A stretch of 63,546 nt of DNA, filler included. It is 7 parts of 7 records of this genome, joined end to end, with 100 filler letters (N's around TTAATTAATTAA, not from the genome) between each part and the next. Parts side by side here need not be neighbours in the genome. Positions count along the whole stretch, not along the records: positions 14,148 to 23,075 come from SRR2962707_4709; positions 23,176 to 37,307 come from SRR2962707_4715; 5 more parts are not named here. One strand, given 5' to 3'. The notes beneath the pieces were generated by a model. The model had not been told where the DNA came from, searched no databases, and saw nothing but the letters and a program-made list of their open reading frames with translations. Both the position numbers and the translations under genes were made by a program. Below are positions 21,408 to 34,100 of the stretch, piece by piece. The stretch's first letter is position 1. Every line of letters begins with the position of its first letter.

Positions 21408-22873
21408 GCGACTTCCTTGATCTGCTGATAGGCAGCCAGTGCACGGTCGCGCGCCAGCTTATGGTCGACAATTGGGTGAGGGTAGGTGTCGCCGAGGCGA
21501 ACGCCTGCAGCGGCCAGAGCCAGCTCCGGTGCTGCCCATGGCTTGTGGATGAATTTCTTCGGCATCTGCGCCAGTTCAGGTACGAAACTGCGGACGTAAT
21601 CGCCTTCGGTGTCAAACTTTTCGCCCTGCAGCACCGGATTGAAGATCCTGAAATAGGGAGATGCGTCAGCACCGGAACCTGCCACCCATTGCCAGCTTGC
21701 GGCGTTGGAGGCCGGATCCGCGTCGACAAGAGTGTCCCAGAACCAGTCTTCGCCGGTGCGCCAGTCGATCAGCAGATGTTTGGTGAGAAACGAAGCGACA
21801 ATCATGCGGACGCGGTTGTGCATCCAGCCGGTCTGCCAGAGCTGGCGCATGCCTGCGTCAACAATCGGATAACCGGTCAGGCCTTTCTGCCAGGCGGCAA
21901 GTGCCCTGGCATTATTGAGCCAGGGAAAGCTGTCGAACTTCGGGTTGTGATTCTTCTCTGCCAGAGCCGGTTCGTTGACCAGCAGATGCCAGGCAAATTC
22001 GCGCCAGCCAATTTCCTTGCGGAATTTGGTCCGATCCGCGGGAGCGCCGTCAGTTTCAGTGTTCTTCAGCGCCTCAAAAATCTGAGCCGGGGTGATTTCG
22101 CCATTGGCCAGATGTGGCGAGAGCCCTGAGGTGGCATCGACGCCGGGAATGTCACGGCGCTCATCATAGCCCTGCATCCGGTCTTCGATGAAATCGGCGA
22201 GGCGTTCATGCGCGCCGGTTTCCCCAGGCGTCCATGCATCCACCAACCCACCGGACCAGTCGGGTTTTGTTGGCAGCAGGCGCCAGCTGTCCAGGGTTTC
22301 CGTGGCAAGATCTGAAAAGCTGGCACAAGGTGTCAGCGATTCTGGCGCTTCAAGTGGCGGCCGGTTTTCGAGGTCGGGTTCCATTACGCGCCAGAACGGG
22401 CTGTAGACCTTGTAGTGAGTGCCGGAACCTGTGCGCAGCTTGGTCGGCTCGTGCAGGAGTTGGCCGGCGAAGCTTTCGCAGACAAGGTTTTGGCCCTGAA
22501 TATCTGCCTTGAGAGCCGAATCAGATTCCAGATGTGCCGGATCGTACCGCCGGTTCCAGTAAACCGCTGACGCGCCCGTGGTCTCGATCAGGCCGGGAAT
22601 CAATTCAGATGGATCGCCACTGAGCAGAACAAGTGGTGCGCCCAGGCCTTCGAGGGCTTCGGCCAGGGTTTCGAGTGAGTGGTGCAGCCACCATTGCCGT
22701 GCAGCACCCAGCGCGCGTCCAGCGCCTCCTGCTTGCCTGATGTAGACGGGGACAACCGAGCTGTGCTGGGCGGCTGCAACAAGCGCCTCATTGTCCTGAA
22801 TGCGCAGATCGTTGCGAAACCAGACGATAGCCGGATCTTGAAAATGGGATGTGTCGCGTTCCATTCGATGCAT
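21404..22873 (-). CDS. phrA: Deoxyribodipyrimidine photo-lyase (CPD photolyase/cryptochrome family)
   Basis: WFRNDLRIQDN, TSGLSPHL, WREF, TGYPIVDAGMRQLWQTGWMHNRVRM, WQWVAGSGADASPYFRIFNP. Start 22873 or 22864. Confidence 0.93.
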   Translation of the reverse strand: MHRMERDTSHFQDPAIVWFRNDLRIQDNEALVAAAQHSSVVPVYIRQAGGAGRALGAARQWWLHHSLETLAEALEGLGAPLVLLSGDPSELIPGLIETTGASAVYWNRRYDPAHLESDSALKADIQGQNLVCESFAGQLLHEPTKLRTGSGTHYKVYSPFWRVMEPDLENRPPLEAPESLTPCASFSDLATETLDSWRLLPTKPDWSGGLVDAWTPGETGAHERLADFIEDRMQGYDERRDIPGVDATSGLSPHLANGEITPAQIFEALKNTETDGAPADRTKFRKEIGWREFAWHLLVNEPALAEKNHNPKFDSFPWLNNARALAAWQKGLTGYPIVDAGMRQLWQTGWMHNRVRMIVASFLTKHLLIDWRTGEDWFWDTLVDADPASNAASWQWVAGSGADASPYFRIFNPVLQGEKFDTEGDYVRSFVPELAQMPKKFIHKPWAAPELALAAAGVRLGDTYPHPIVDHKLARDRALAAYQQIKEVA

Positions 22874-22917
22874 TTTTTCCGCTTTGGCGAAAGTCGCCGG
22901 GCCTTTTGAACTCGTCT

Positions 22918-22943
22918 TACGGATCTACGTAAAAGCCGGATCA
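22918..22943 (-). promoter_or_regulatory. ECF11 promoter for the photolyase-oxidoreductase-DUF1365-cfa operon
   Basis: Minus strand reads TGATCC-N16-CGTAAG. Confidence 0.82.
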
Positions 22944-23001
22944 ACAGTTTCGCGAAAAAATGCTGAATTGTTACGGAGTTGTGGGAATTCACCCCGGGAA
23001 C

Positions 23002-23039
23002 AAAAAAGACCGCAATCCTCTAAAGGATGCGGTCTTTTT
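23002..23039 (-). terminator. Intrinsic terminator downstream of the tRNA (possibly bidirectional)
   Basis: AAAAAAGACCGCA...TGCGGTCTTTTT inverted repeat. Confidence 0.75.
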
Positions 23040-23045
23040 GTAATC

Positions 23046-23075
23046 TGGCTCCCCGGGCCGGATTCGAACCAGCGA
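23046..23075 (-). tRNA. 3' fragment of a tRNA, most likely tRNA-Asn (cut by contig end)
   Basis: Minus strand TCGCTGGTTCGAATCCGGCCCGGGGAGCCA gives a T-arm, acceptor strand, G discriminator and CCA. The anticodon is not in the window. Confidence 0.75.
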
Positions 23076-23175
23076 NNNNNNNNNNNNNNNNNNNNNNNNN
23101 NNNNNNNNNNNNNNNNNNNTTAATTAATTAANNNNNNNNNNNNNNNNNNNNNNNNNNNNNNNNNNNNNNNNNNNN
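23076..23175. other. Artificial contig spacer
   Basis: N-TTAATTAATTAA-N. Confidence 0.98.
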
Positions 23176-23396
23176 AAGAAGAAGAAAAGAAGAAGAAGAA
23201 GAAGAGAGTATTCTCGCCTTTTTTATTTCAATTACGTCAGGTCTTCGCCTGTAGTTGTTTGAGAAACAGACTCCTCGATTGCGAGGCGCGTGCGCCTCGC
23301 CTTTCCCGTGAGGTGAGCGAGTGGAGAACCGGCTCGTTTGTGCTCGCGATAGCTGAAACTGCTGTTGCTGCCTGGTTCTCTCCAACAGTCTCCACC

Positions 23397-24908
23397 ATGA
23401 GCGCTCACAAGACGAACTACGAGCGCAGAGCTTGGACGAGCAAGGAGGACGAGACGATCGCGGAACTGGTCAAGAAGCACGGGCTGAAAAAGTGGTCTGT
23501 CGTGGCAGCGGAGTTGAAGCAGCGGAGCATTGGCCCCCCGAGAACGGGCAAGCAGTGCCGCACGCGCTGGCTTAACCACTTGGACCCGAGCATCAAGCGA
23601 GAACCGTGGTCTGAGGAGGAGGAGAACACGATCTACAGACTGCAGAAAGAGATCGGCAACAAGTGGGCGGACATTGCCAAGGAACTTCCGGGGCGGACCG
23701 ACAACGCCATCAAGAACCACTGGTACTCCACCATGCGCCGCAACATGCGCCGGGTGGCGAAGGAAATCACCCAAAAAATCAAGGAGGTCGGCAAGGCAAA
23801 CGTGGACGTGTCCAGTCTTGAGTCACTCAAAGACTTCCACATGCCGCTGGAGATCAACCTGCAGAATATCCTCGGCCAGCTTACCGAGAGCGACACGGCA
23901 ATGTTCAATCGTTGTTACCAGATGCTTCAAAACAGCATCCGTGTCAAGGAAGAGCAGGATAGTAAAGCAATTGCTGCGCGACAGCGACTGGCAACCAAAC
24001 CGTCGAGCACCCTTGGTGCGGGAGGTGCCACAGCGGGGGCTTCAACTAACCGTGCTGCAAGACCGGGGAGCAGCCACAAGCGGAAACTCAGCCGACCGCC
24101 TGTTCTCAATACTACCAGCTCATCAGCCACCAAAGCACAGTCTGGGAAAGCACGTGTGCGTCTGGACACGGCCACTGCAGGGCTATCCATGCCCTCTCCT
24201 GCGCTTTCAGCGTCGAGTGTCCCCAGCCCATCTCGCAACAAACTTCACCAAGACATTCTGTTCCGGTTACTGGCGGGAGGAGGCGGAGCGAGCCACAGTA
24301 GCGGCAGCTTGGGCACAACGCCCAAAGGGCTGCCCACCCCAGGCGCCCTCCTCTCCCCGCGAATGTCCATGTTCAGCAATTCTGGCACCCCTGGAAGCAC
24401 ATCTGGTCACGACGAAAGCTCCTTGTTCACACTGCCCACTCCTCGTCTCGGGCACAACCTGTTTTCGCCAGCGTCGTCTACATTTGCACCGTCAATGCTC
24501 CTGACTCCAATAATTTCACCAGGCTTCTTGGACTCTGCTGTTAGTCATGGCGGGCCTGTCACTGGCCCAGGTGGCAATGGCAGTGGGCCGCAAAAGTTCA
24601 CTTTCGACTTTGATGGTACTCTCAACTCAAGCGGCAGTAGCGGTGGACCTATTAGTGCGGGTGCTGGTCCGAATTTGAAGAGCCCGCTCTTTCCTGGCAT
24701 GCGGATGCTGTTGTCGCCTTCCGTGGATGGAACGTTCGCTGGAGCTTGGACGCCGACGCCAGGGTCCGTGGCTGGGTTCGGCAGAGCGCCCATGCTGGAC
24801 ACGGCCCTTGTCGCGTCACCCAGCAACGCTGCGAAATCCGCGAGTAGTTCTGGTGCACAGAGCGCCTCCAAAGCTTCAACAGGCGGCAGGTCGGCAAGCG
24901 CTCGTTGA
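23397..24908 (+). CDS. R2R3 MYB transcription factor, intronless, with long S/T-P-rich tail
   Basis: WTSKEDETI...W...RTGKQCRTRWLNHLDPSIKREPWSEEEE...GNKWADIAKELPGRTDNAIKNHW. Confidence 0.92.
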   Translation: MSAHKTNYERRAWTSKEDETIAELVKKHGLKKWSVVAAELKQRSIGPPRTGKQCRTRWLNHLDPSIKREPWSEEEENTIYRLQKEIGNKWADIAKELPGRTDNAIKNHWYSTMRRNMRRVAKEITQKIKEVGKANVDVSSLESLKDFHMPLEINLQNILGQLTESDTAMFNRCYQMLQNSIRVKEEQDSKAIAARQRLATKPSSTLGAGGATAGASTNRAARPGSSHKRKLSRPPVLNTTSSSATKAQSGKARVRLDTATAGLSMPSPALSASSVPSPSRNKLHQDILFRLLAGGGGASHSSGSLGTTPKGLPTPGALLSPRMSMFSNSGTPGSTSGHDESSLFTLPTPRLGHNLFSPASSTFAPSMLLTPIISPGFLDSAVSHGGPVTGPGGNGSGPQKFTFDFDGTLNSSGSSGGPISAGAGPNLKSPLFPGMRMLLSPSVDGTFAGAWTPTPGSVAGFGRAPMLDTALVASPSNAAKSASSSGAQSASKASTGGRSASAR

Positions 24909-25139
24909 GCTCACGGAAAAAATGAAAGGCACAGAGTTTGAGCATGGTGCAACACCCAACGCACCGGAACGCCTACAGTTGTGGTCGGGTGGGGTTCACT
25001 TCCCAACCTCCTTTCCTGCACAAGCGACAGAGAAGCGTCCCTTGTTCGAAGCCTGTGAAACTTTTTTTCATGTGCAGCTTTTCAAAACTAATTTTATATT
25101 TTATGAACAGAACTAGTGACGGACTTTGCACTTAGTGTC

Positions 25140-28100
25140 TCACGTTTGCTCCTTAGCAACTTCTGTTGGTGACGGCGTGTGCGTATCATTTGGCTGTGTA
25201 GCTTGCTGGTTTGCTGCCGCATCATCGGGGCGTGTTGTGTCAGGCGTCGGCTCAACCGGCTCGTTGACCACATCTTGAGACTGAAGCGCTCCAGCGTCAA
25301 GCTGAGCCTGTTGCTCGTTGTTCTCCAACAGTTCTGGTCCACCCTGCTTCTGCTGTTGGTCGGCGTCATCAAGGCCATAAATGAGTTTCTTAGACGCAAC
25401 GACCCCAAACACGCCATGATTGTACGGCACCAAGCCAGGCTCAGGCTGAAGCCTTTGGCGACTCTCGGCAAACTTACGACCCCATTTTTCATCCAGTTTT
25501 TCTTGAGTGTGCGGTGTGTAGTTCATTACTGGCGCCTGCTGCACGCCATTGCTTGGCTCCAGACCGGCAGTAAACTCCGTTGGACTTCCCCCACGTGGCA
25601 GCGGGGACGTGCCAGGCGAGGTCGACGGTGAACGCACCTGGCGTTGTTTCGACGTTACCTCGCGACGCTGAACGTACCCTGGCATAAGAACCGTTGCAGG
25701 TGGAGCACCACGACCCCCGTCCCTCCACGTCTTTTGGTCGACACCAGGTTGAACAGCGGCACGATGGCGCTTGCCACTCGTGCTTTTGGTGGAGGTGGGC
25801 AGAGACGCAGTTGGAGACGGGACAAGCTTGGGTAGACTCTTTGCAGCAGCGGTCCCTGGCGGCGGTAGTTGGCTCAGGCGCGACTGACCAACAAATTCCA
25901 CCGGCTTGACTTCTCTTAGTAGCACTCCATCAGCAAGCCTGCGAGCACGACGTTTCAGTTCTGCCTTCTGCTGCAACAGTTCATCCTGGCGCAGTACGAT
26001 GTCAACGTCCAGATCTTCCAGGGAATCATCTGAATCTGAGTCGGACAGGTCATCCAGCCCCAGATCTGACACGCGATCTCCAGGCCCTCCGCCCTGATCT
26101 ATGAATCCGGACGGTGGTGCCGGCGTGCCAGCCATGACTGCCGCGGCATGTGCGGCAGGGTCGTAGCGGCTTGAAAGGTCGTGTAGCATCGGCTGGTGAC
26201 CTGCGGCCTTCCGGCTGGCGTGCCGCTGCTTCTCTGCGAGCAAGGCGGCGCGCTTGGCACGTTTCTCTTTTTCGCCGCGAAGGGCTCGCCGCTTTCGTCT
26301 CGCTTCGGTCAGACGGTTGGTCGCCAGCTCGTTTCGAACCCACGCGCGGTTGTCCTTTCCAAAAGCCCCACCACTCACTTCGTTCTCACTACCGCTGTGA
26401 TCTGAGTAGAACGGGGTGAATGGCGCCAGAGCATCGCGCATTTCTGCATCCTGCTTTGCCCGATGTCGAGCCTCCGCCTCTGCCGCAGATGACTCACGAT
26501 CCATTGCCGCCATGATCTTGAGTTCCTCCGCCTCACGGGCGCGGTCTTCAGCGGCGCGCCGGGCATCATCCTCGCCTGCAATGTCATCGAGGACACGCTG
26601 CGCATCAGCCAGTACTGCGAGACGCGCGGCATTACGTGCCGTACATGCTGCGCGAACGGTCTGCACTCGCTCCATTTCTCTGCGTAGATGGTTCAGCGCG
26701 TCTTCTCGTGCCAGGGCCTGGTTGTTCCACGCCTCACGCTCGGCACGAGTCATGCCGTCAGGATCGTCACGGCGCTCACGATCTTCGCGCCGCTGCTTGA
26801 CCACAAGCTGCCACAACCGTGAGCTGCGATCATGCTCAAGCTGTTCGCGACGCTTGGCATCATCGATTGCTTGCTCGCGCATTTTTTGTTCCTCTTTCGT
26901 CTGCATCCATGCGCGCATTCGTTCTTCCTCCTGTTGCATCAATTTGCGCTCCCGTGCCTCCCGCTCGCGCTCCTCATCATACAGTTCATCCTGGTTATCC
27001 ACACCAAGCCCGCGCCTGTAGCGCCATTCTGGCCGTGCCGTTGGTGAGCCGGGACGCATTTGCGAGGGGTCCATGTTGCGCGTACGCGTTGACATGGTAT
27101 CGAGGAACGAAAAGTATATGCATTGGTCGCGGAGCATTCGAGCAAGCCTGTCTTCCTCCATCATGTCCATTATCTCCCGCTGCCGTCGCAATTCGTCGTC
27201 ATACATGCGCTGGCCGCGAAGTTTATGCTCTGCTGCATCCTCTGCCATCATCAAGTTGGTCTCACGCTGCGCTCGGTCTGCCTCTTGCATGAGATGATCG
27301 TCGTGAGGATCCAGACCAAACGCACACGTGGTCCACCACCGCTTTTTATTGAGACAGTAGTCCCGCACAAATCGTTCCCAGGCTTCAACTACGCTACTTG
27401 CCATGGGGCGGCGCTTTTTGCGTGGTTGATTCGCTAATCGCACACGCTCCATCTTTTCATCGAAGCCCATATCAAAAATATCGATTTCTGGATACGTCTC
27501 CCACACCCGCAAGGCATCTGGATCGTAGGCCTCGCCTTCGGCCAACAAGTCCAGCCGGCGGTCTTTCTCTTGCAACGTAATATATTCCTGCACCAGCGCG
27601 ACACGCTCCGTCAGAAACTGTGTGCGCAGCTCCCTTTGATTTTCGTACCACTCACAGAAGTGAAGCTTGTCTGTATTGACTGCAGCTGCTGCAATATCTC
27701 CACATTCCTGAGCGTACTTCTTCATGACGATCGAACGCCCAGACCACCCTCCAGTAGCACAGGCCACTTCGCGCTGCGTAAAATTAAAACGGCGCATCTG
27801 GGAGCCACGAGTTGGTGCTTGGAACCAACGTTGGAATTCCAACCAATGCTGGCTTTGCCCATCTTTGGCGTCTTTAATCTTCGTCCAGGACCCAAAATCG
27901 AAGTCGCGCACTCGCAATAGATTGGTGTCTAGCTTCGGCTTCTCAAACGTGCATTCAGCACGAACTTCGCGGTCACACAGCGCTGCAAGCATTTCGCGCG
28001 TCTTTTGCGACAAGTTCAGGCCCGTATTGAAAAAATACGCGCCGTGAACGGGTCTCACAAACACCCGCAACGATATGGTGTCCGGGTTGCGTAGTGCAAA

Positions 28101-31100
28101 CTCTTCAATCACGGATGGATTCTTCTGATACCACTCCACTAGATCACGCTGCCGTTGTTGCCGTTTGCGGTCTAGCTTTTTCTTGGATTCTAAGGACACC
28201 ACCCGTTTCATCATTTCAAGGGCTCGCGCCTTTGCTTCTGAAGAATCGTGCGCGCCATGAGCGTCGCCACTTGCAGCTCCGGGGCCATGACCGTCGTTGT
28301 GCAAGTGGCGACTTTCTACAACTTTTTGGAAAGCCCGTACGGACATGCCGAAGAGTGCTCCCACGTCGGCGCTGGTCGCATTGATACTCTTCATGAGCTC
28401 AATGGTGTTTTGGGCAGCATGAAGCGAGTCCTGCAGCTCGTTCAACTGCGACCCTTGGTGAGCCCGGCTGCTTGGTCGCGACCTTGGGTTTTCTCCCTGC
28501 TGTTGCTGCCGTTCCCTCGCGGCACGAAGCATTTTCATCTGCGATGCGACCAAGCCGGCCACGTGTCGAAGGCGGGGGACGGTATCATTTTCCATGTCCT
28601 CTTGTTGCCGCAATACCGCTGCCGCGAGCTCCAAATCTCGAAGTCCGCCCTCGACATTATCCAACTCCTGATCCCAGGTGTCAATGCCGTGCACAGGGCC
28701 ACCTAAAGGTGAGGTTGCACCCTTGCCAAGCTCGTAGTCTTGATACTGCACGCGCCACTCATCGCTCTCCGAAATGTATCCGGATGTCGATCGCAAGTTC
28801 TTAGCGACAGCCGTAGCATCCACAAGCCCTGAAGTCAATCTGTCGCAGCTGTGTTTTACCAGCAGCACGAGTCCTTGGCCGGATGGATCATTCAATATGA
28901 GGTGAAATGCAGCCTTTGTTGCAGCAACCACCGACCGAAGCTGCTGCCGAACACGCCTGCTCGGATCTGCTGGGTCTGCAAACTTGTCCAGTCGCACCAC
29001 AAAATTGAGACTACCATCTTCGTGACACTCCTGAACACTGACGTCCGAAGGATTTAAGCGCGGCACCGGCACTCGCAAGGTCTGCACGTGTTCAGACGAA
29101 TTACTGTCAATGCCGCCAGTCGCCAAGGCGAGGAGCGCAGCTTTTTGAGCAGCTTGTGCTGCCTCTGCGACAGTGATGTCATCAGCTTCCTCAAAGTCTT
29201 GCCCGGTCACCTGCTGCAGCCCGATCTCTTTACTGACCAAACCGCCTGTGCGGGCAACTGCTTCCAGGTCACACGCCCTTTGCGCACGCGAGAGAAAAAT
29301 GTCGACAAGAACTTGCTGGAAGTCCTTTTGAAGGATAGTTTCGAGACTGAGACTCCGGAACACAACTCCGCCACTCAATACAGGCAGTAAACGCCGCGTG
29401 AAACCTCTTACACAAAAGCGAGCTTCCTTGCGGTTCCGTGCAGCTGCTGTTTCTGGGATATGCAGGTCACGTTCGGCTTCTAAAAGTCGCCGAAAGAAAA
29501 CTCGTCCCAGCTGCGGAGGGCCAAAAATTTCATACCTGGCAAGCGCAACGCCGAATGCAGAAAAATAGGTCAGGAACCACGCCACGTGCACATAAGCGTC
29601 GATGCGCACGAAAGACTGCACCTCCAGCACCGATTAACGTACAGGCGACGGGCGATGGCCTCTTTGTGGGGGACTTGATCGCTCAAAAGGTGAACCAGAA
29701 ACGATGCACGGGTTCCCTCCACGTGATGAAACTTTACTTGGTTGACGCTTATGGTGACATGATGCTCATTCAACTTGCACATTGCGGCCAGCGCAGTACG
29801 CAGGGCGTAAACTCCCAGATCCTACATTATGGACGAATGCACAGCACCATTGGAACCGCAGCAGCCAAATGAGCAAGCGTGAAGCCGCGATCGTCGCAAC
29901 ATTGAATAGGTCTGAACTGCACGGTGATTCAACAATTACACTTCCTACCTGAAGAGGAGTGCGGCGAAGCACTGTGCCAAAATCACAGCCCTCGACCGCA
30001 ATGTGCCCGCAAAGGCCTTCCATAATCGTCAAGTGATCGAACTCGGTTGCACCTTGATCTGTTCCAAGACCTGCCAGGAAGAAATTGCGCTGATGCGTAG
30101 ACCGAAACCAGTCACGAACCATCCCCCACCGTCGGCGTGCGTCCTGTGCGAGCGACGCGTCACGGACTTCGGCTGCTGCGATCACATCTGCACGCAACGA
30201 TCTTCCTCGACTGGATCCTGTTCCAGGTCGACTGCTGCTAAACGCAGCTTGCGCGACACTGCCAAAAGGAGACGCGGGCCGGCTACTGCCTCGATCCCGA
30301 GGGCTTGCAGGCGATCCTGGTCGACTGCTACGTACCCCACGCAGCAGCGGGGATCCAGAGCGACTGTTACTGCGACTTCGGCTGCGGCTGCGGCTGCGGC
30401 TACGAGACCTGGAGAGACCATGAGCAGCTTGTTCACCGCCAGAACGAGTGCCTGTTGCTAGCCGCAAGCTGCCAAAAGCACCACCCTCGGAACCTCCTTG
30501 AGTTGTCCCGCGCCGCCCTGGAGACCCCGGGCGAGAAGACGTGGGGGAGTTGCTTTGAGAGGTGCTTCGCGAGGTCACTCGGCCCGCATTGTCACGCACT
30601 TGGCCGGAAAGCGCGTCGTGCTCTTCTTCGTGTTTGGCATCTACGATGACCGCCAGCTTGTTGTCTCCGTCAAGCTGCTGCCAATATTGGTCCATGAGCG
30701 TTTCGTCCTCATGCAGCAGTTCTAACTGGCGCCAGTAAGTCTCTTCGCGCGCTTCATCGCACTGGCGATACCAATCCGCATACCTGCCCACCCCACCCGA
30801 AAAGGAACATGTGCTGTGACCAAGCTGAACAGAACAAATTACGCAGGGCACCCGCATATGAAGCAGCTCGTCGGCGTCGACTAGTGGCAGCCAACTTACG
30901 CTTTGAAATGAGCTTTCTTCGGGCCATCCGGCCCTGTGCGATGATCGGGGTGTGGGAGAGTGTGAGCATCAAAACCTCCTTTGCTCTGGGCAAGAACTGA
31001 TACGTTGTGTATGAAAAGACTCTGCGTCACCTCTGTCTCGCGTTGAAGCTCGGACAGTTCAGCCCAGGGCTTTGGGCCAGGGTAATCTAACGGCAACGAT

Positions 31101-34100
31101 GGCATCGGCAACGTTGGAGCTCGCGGAGGAAGTACTGCAAGGTCATCCAGAGTTGGGGCTCGCAGCGGAACCTGTCCATACACGCGCAGACAGTTCATCA
31201 TCGGTGAAACATCGGCTACAACGTGTAGAACAGGAGCACGATGCCAGATGTGCGCGAACAAAAAGGGAGCATCCATTTCTTACCGCCGCTGGTGGAGGCG
31301 AACCCGGAGGTGACGGTGGCCGGTCTTCAAAGGTTGGTGCTACCTCTTTGGCTGTTGTGATTGCGAACTGTGATGCCAAGGACGCCGCGGCATTTTCACT
31401 GCCAACAGTGGGTACATCGAGAAAACTACCCCGTGGTCCCACACTGCTCGCTTGGGTTGGCACAGCGACCTCCTCTGCGGCAAGCTTCGATGTTTTAAGA
31501 GGTACCATTTTACGTCGAGTTCCCTTCTGCTCCTTGACCTTGCGCACACGGTCGTAGTACCTGGCACGCATGACACACCGCACATTACTCCAGCGAATGA
31601 CTTGTGTGCATCGGATCTAGCAACGACAAACTAACAAAGGGACTCGAAACGCACTCGTTCTCTCGCTCTTGGGCTTTTGCTGAAACAGTTGCGGACCACT
31701 TTCTGGAGGCGGCTACAGCCCTGGCAACTTTGGACGTCAATGCGTCTGGCTTCGAGCCCTTCGTAACAGTCGCGTTGACCATCATGACATTTTTTAGATC
31801 ATGCGGAGCAATATCGTGCTTGGATCGCTCCTCTAACCAAGGCCGATCTGCGTCTCCAACTCCAGAGCTACTCGTGTCAATTGTTGCAAACATTGTGCTT
31901 CGTGCAAGGCTATTCAGTCGAAGTTTTCGCTTTGTCCGTTCTCTCATTTTCGTTTCCTGCGATGCGCTGGAAGCCCGAGCACTTCCCTTTGGAAGGCCAA
32001 AACGTAGTTTGCCCGACGCAGGCCGGTACAACCCCCCACTCTCTGGCCGATGTAGGCCATCGTCGTCGGCCCAACCCGAAGTTGCCCACGACGCCTCTTC
32101 CCACTGACTTTTTCCTGCCTCGCCAGCCACTTGGGTCGCCATTGCTTTTTCATCTGTCAAACGAGAAGCTGCATTGAAAGTTGACGTTGTTTGACTCCCC
32201 ACTTGTTCTGCCTTGGATTCTGAAGTTTGCTGCGCAACATCGTCCGAAAAGCGATGGTTCGGGCTCACACGAACACTATGACTGCGTTCGTGCGCCGCGG
32301 CTTCCCGTGCGACGCTTGCTTTCCGAACAGCTTCGTGGGCAGCCTTCCTCGCAGCCGCGGCAGCCGCATGAGCGGCGCTGGCCCTGGCCTCTGCCTCAGC
32401 AATTTTAATCTCCGTGCCGGCGCCTGGAGAATCGATATTTTGGTGTTGTTGCAGCTGCAGCCATGGCTTTTGGCGGTCCTGACGAGGAGGAGGGGACGCC
32501 CGCTTCTTCTTTTTGATGTGCTTTGGTAGTCGGTCAAGCTCCCGCGGATCAAATCGTTTGGTTGCAACAACCTCCACCGTGACAACAGCGGAAGCAACTT
32601 CTGGGTGCTCAATTGCTAGTCTGTCTTGCTCCGTCAATGATAGTACCTGGTGCTCGTGCTCGGCTGCCTTTGCCGCGACCTCTGCACGTCGCGCCGCAGC
32701 TTCCGCGGCTTCCGCGGCTTCCGCTGCCACCACGGGTCCGGGGCGTGCAACTTGGTGAGGCTCGGAAAGGCCAATGCTCTGTCGCCCGTTTCCGACCACT
32801 CCGCCAACAACTTGGACACCGCGGTCATCGCCGGTGAATTCTGCAACGACGTCAACTACTGCCTGTTGTGGTAAGACCACGCGACTTGAATCCACATGCT
32901 GAGCGCCTGGTTCAACTTGTGACACTTTTGCAACACCAGCCTCAACAGCTGCACGCCGTGCTGCTTTGTCTATCTTGTATTGGACGATGGCTTCCTCGCG
33001 TTCGGCAGCACGGATAGCCTCGGCTGCCTCTTCTCGAGCTTTCCACTCCTTTAGCCTTTTCTTGTCAGCAATGCGATCGAGCTATAATTCAGGACAACCA
33101 CGGCGAGTACAAAAGGAAAGCGCACATAAGTTGAGTGAAACTCGCGGGCACTGTGTCTGAAGAAGCAAAAGCGCTCCATCTCTTGGACGCACCCGCTTTC
33201 GCTCCTCTGGATCCAAGGCGTGTTTGGGCGGCAACGGTGCCAATTCTTCGGTTCTCTTGGGTACACGCTTTTGGTGTGCAGGGATGGCGGTTTCAAAAAG
33301 CTTGCCCCGTGGTGCAAGATACAGTCGGCATGCAGTTGGCAAATCAACTGGGTCAAATTCCTGTAAAGGGCGTGGATAGGTCAAAATACTGTTCTCCGTC
33401 ACAATACTCTTTCGCGCTCGGTAAAACGCCTACACGACGAGCAGGCAAACCAAATAAAGACCAAGTCCCAAAGTGCAGACAGAAGCACGGCAGCCGGATG
33501 TTCAAACGCATGCACTTGCACGGCAAACATCAACGTGCCTGCTTATATCGGAAGAAAGAGGATCCCCGCTTGCGCCATTGTGCGGGCCACGGAAATCGCA
33601 GAACGTGGTGAGCAGAGAGACCCACAATGAAGCGCACGCCGCCGGTGCCTGCTGCTGCTGCCGCGACGCTCACCGCTGCTGTGGGCCTCACATAGCACAA
33701 CGTCCCGTAAACGGGTTCACTAAGCAAAACCACCTGCAAGGGCTGCAGCTCCATCTGCAACGCACCACCGGATTTTCCATGAGCATGACTATCCCCGTCA
33801 GCCACAACCAAATGAGAAAGGCATATCGTGCAGTCGTTTGATGCTGACAGAAGCCACTGATACCCTCGCCGTCCTCTTGCAGCTGACGTGACTTCTTCCA
33901 ATGCGCTGCTCTGGAGTGCAGTGACACGGCCCGAGTGCAACTGCATCGACTGCAATGGTCGCGTGAGCGTGGCAATTTTCGCCCCTGGAGCAAGCTGAAA
34001 GTCGGGGAGTCGCCAGCGTTCAACGACACCAGAAGAAAATCCCAGGGCAATAGTGGTGAGACTGAGCTGGCAGGCCGCCGTCAGTTTCTTCCGTTTGAGC

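Noticed and set aside
23046-23075. tRNA 3' end as attR of an island carrying the photo-oxidative cluster
   Set aside because: The tRNA is simply cut by the contig end and has a normal terminator. No integrase or second copy is visible.
30754-30993. IQ-like motif IIAQGRMARRKL
   Set aside because: It lies in a different frame from the spliced coding sequence and runs into an intron.
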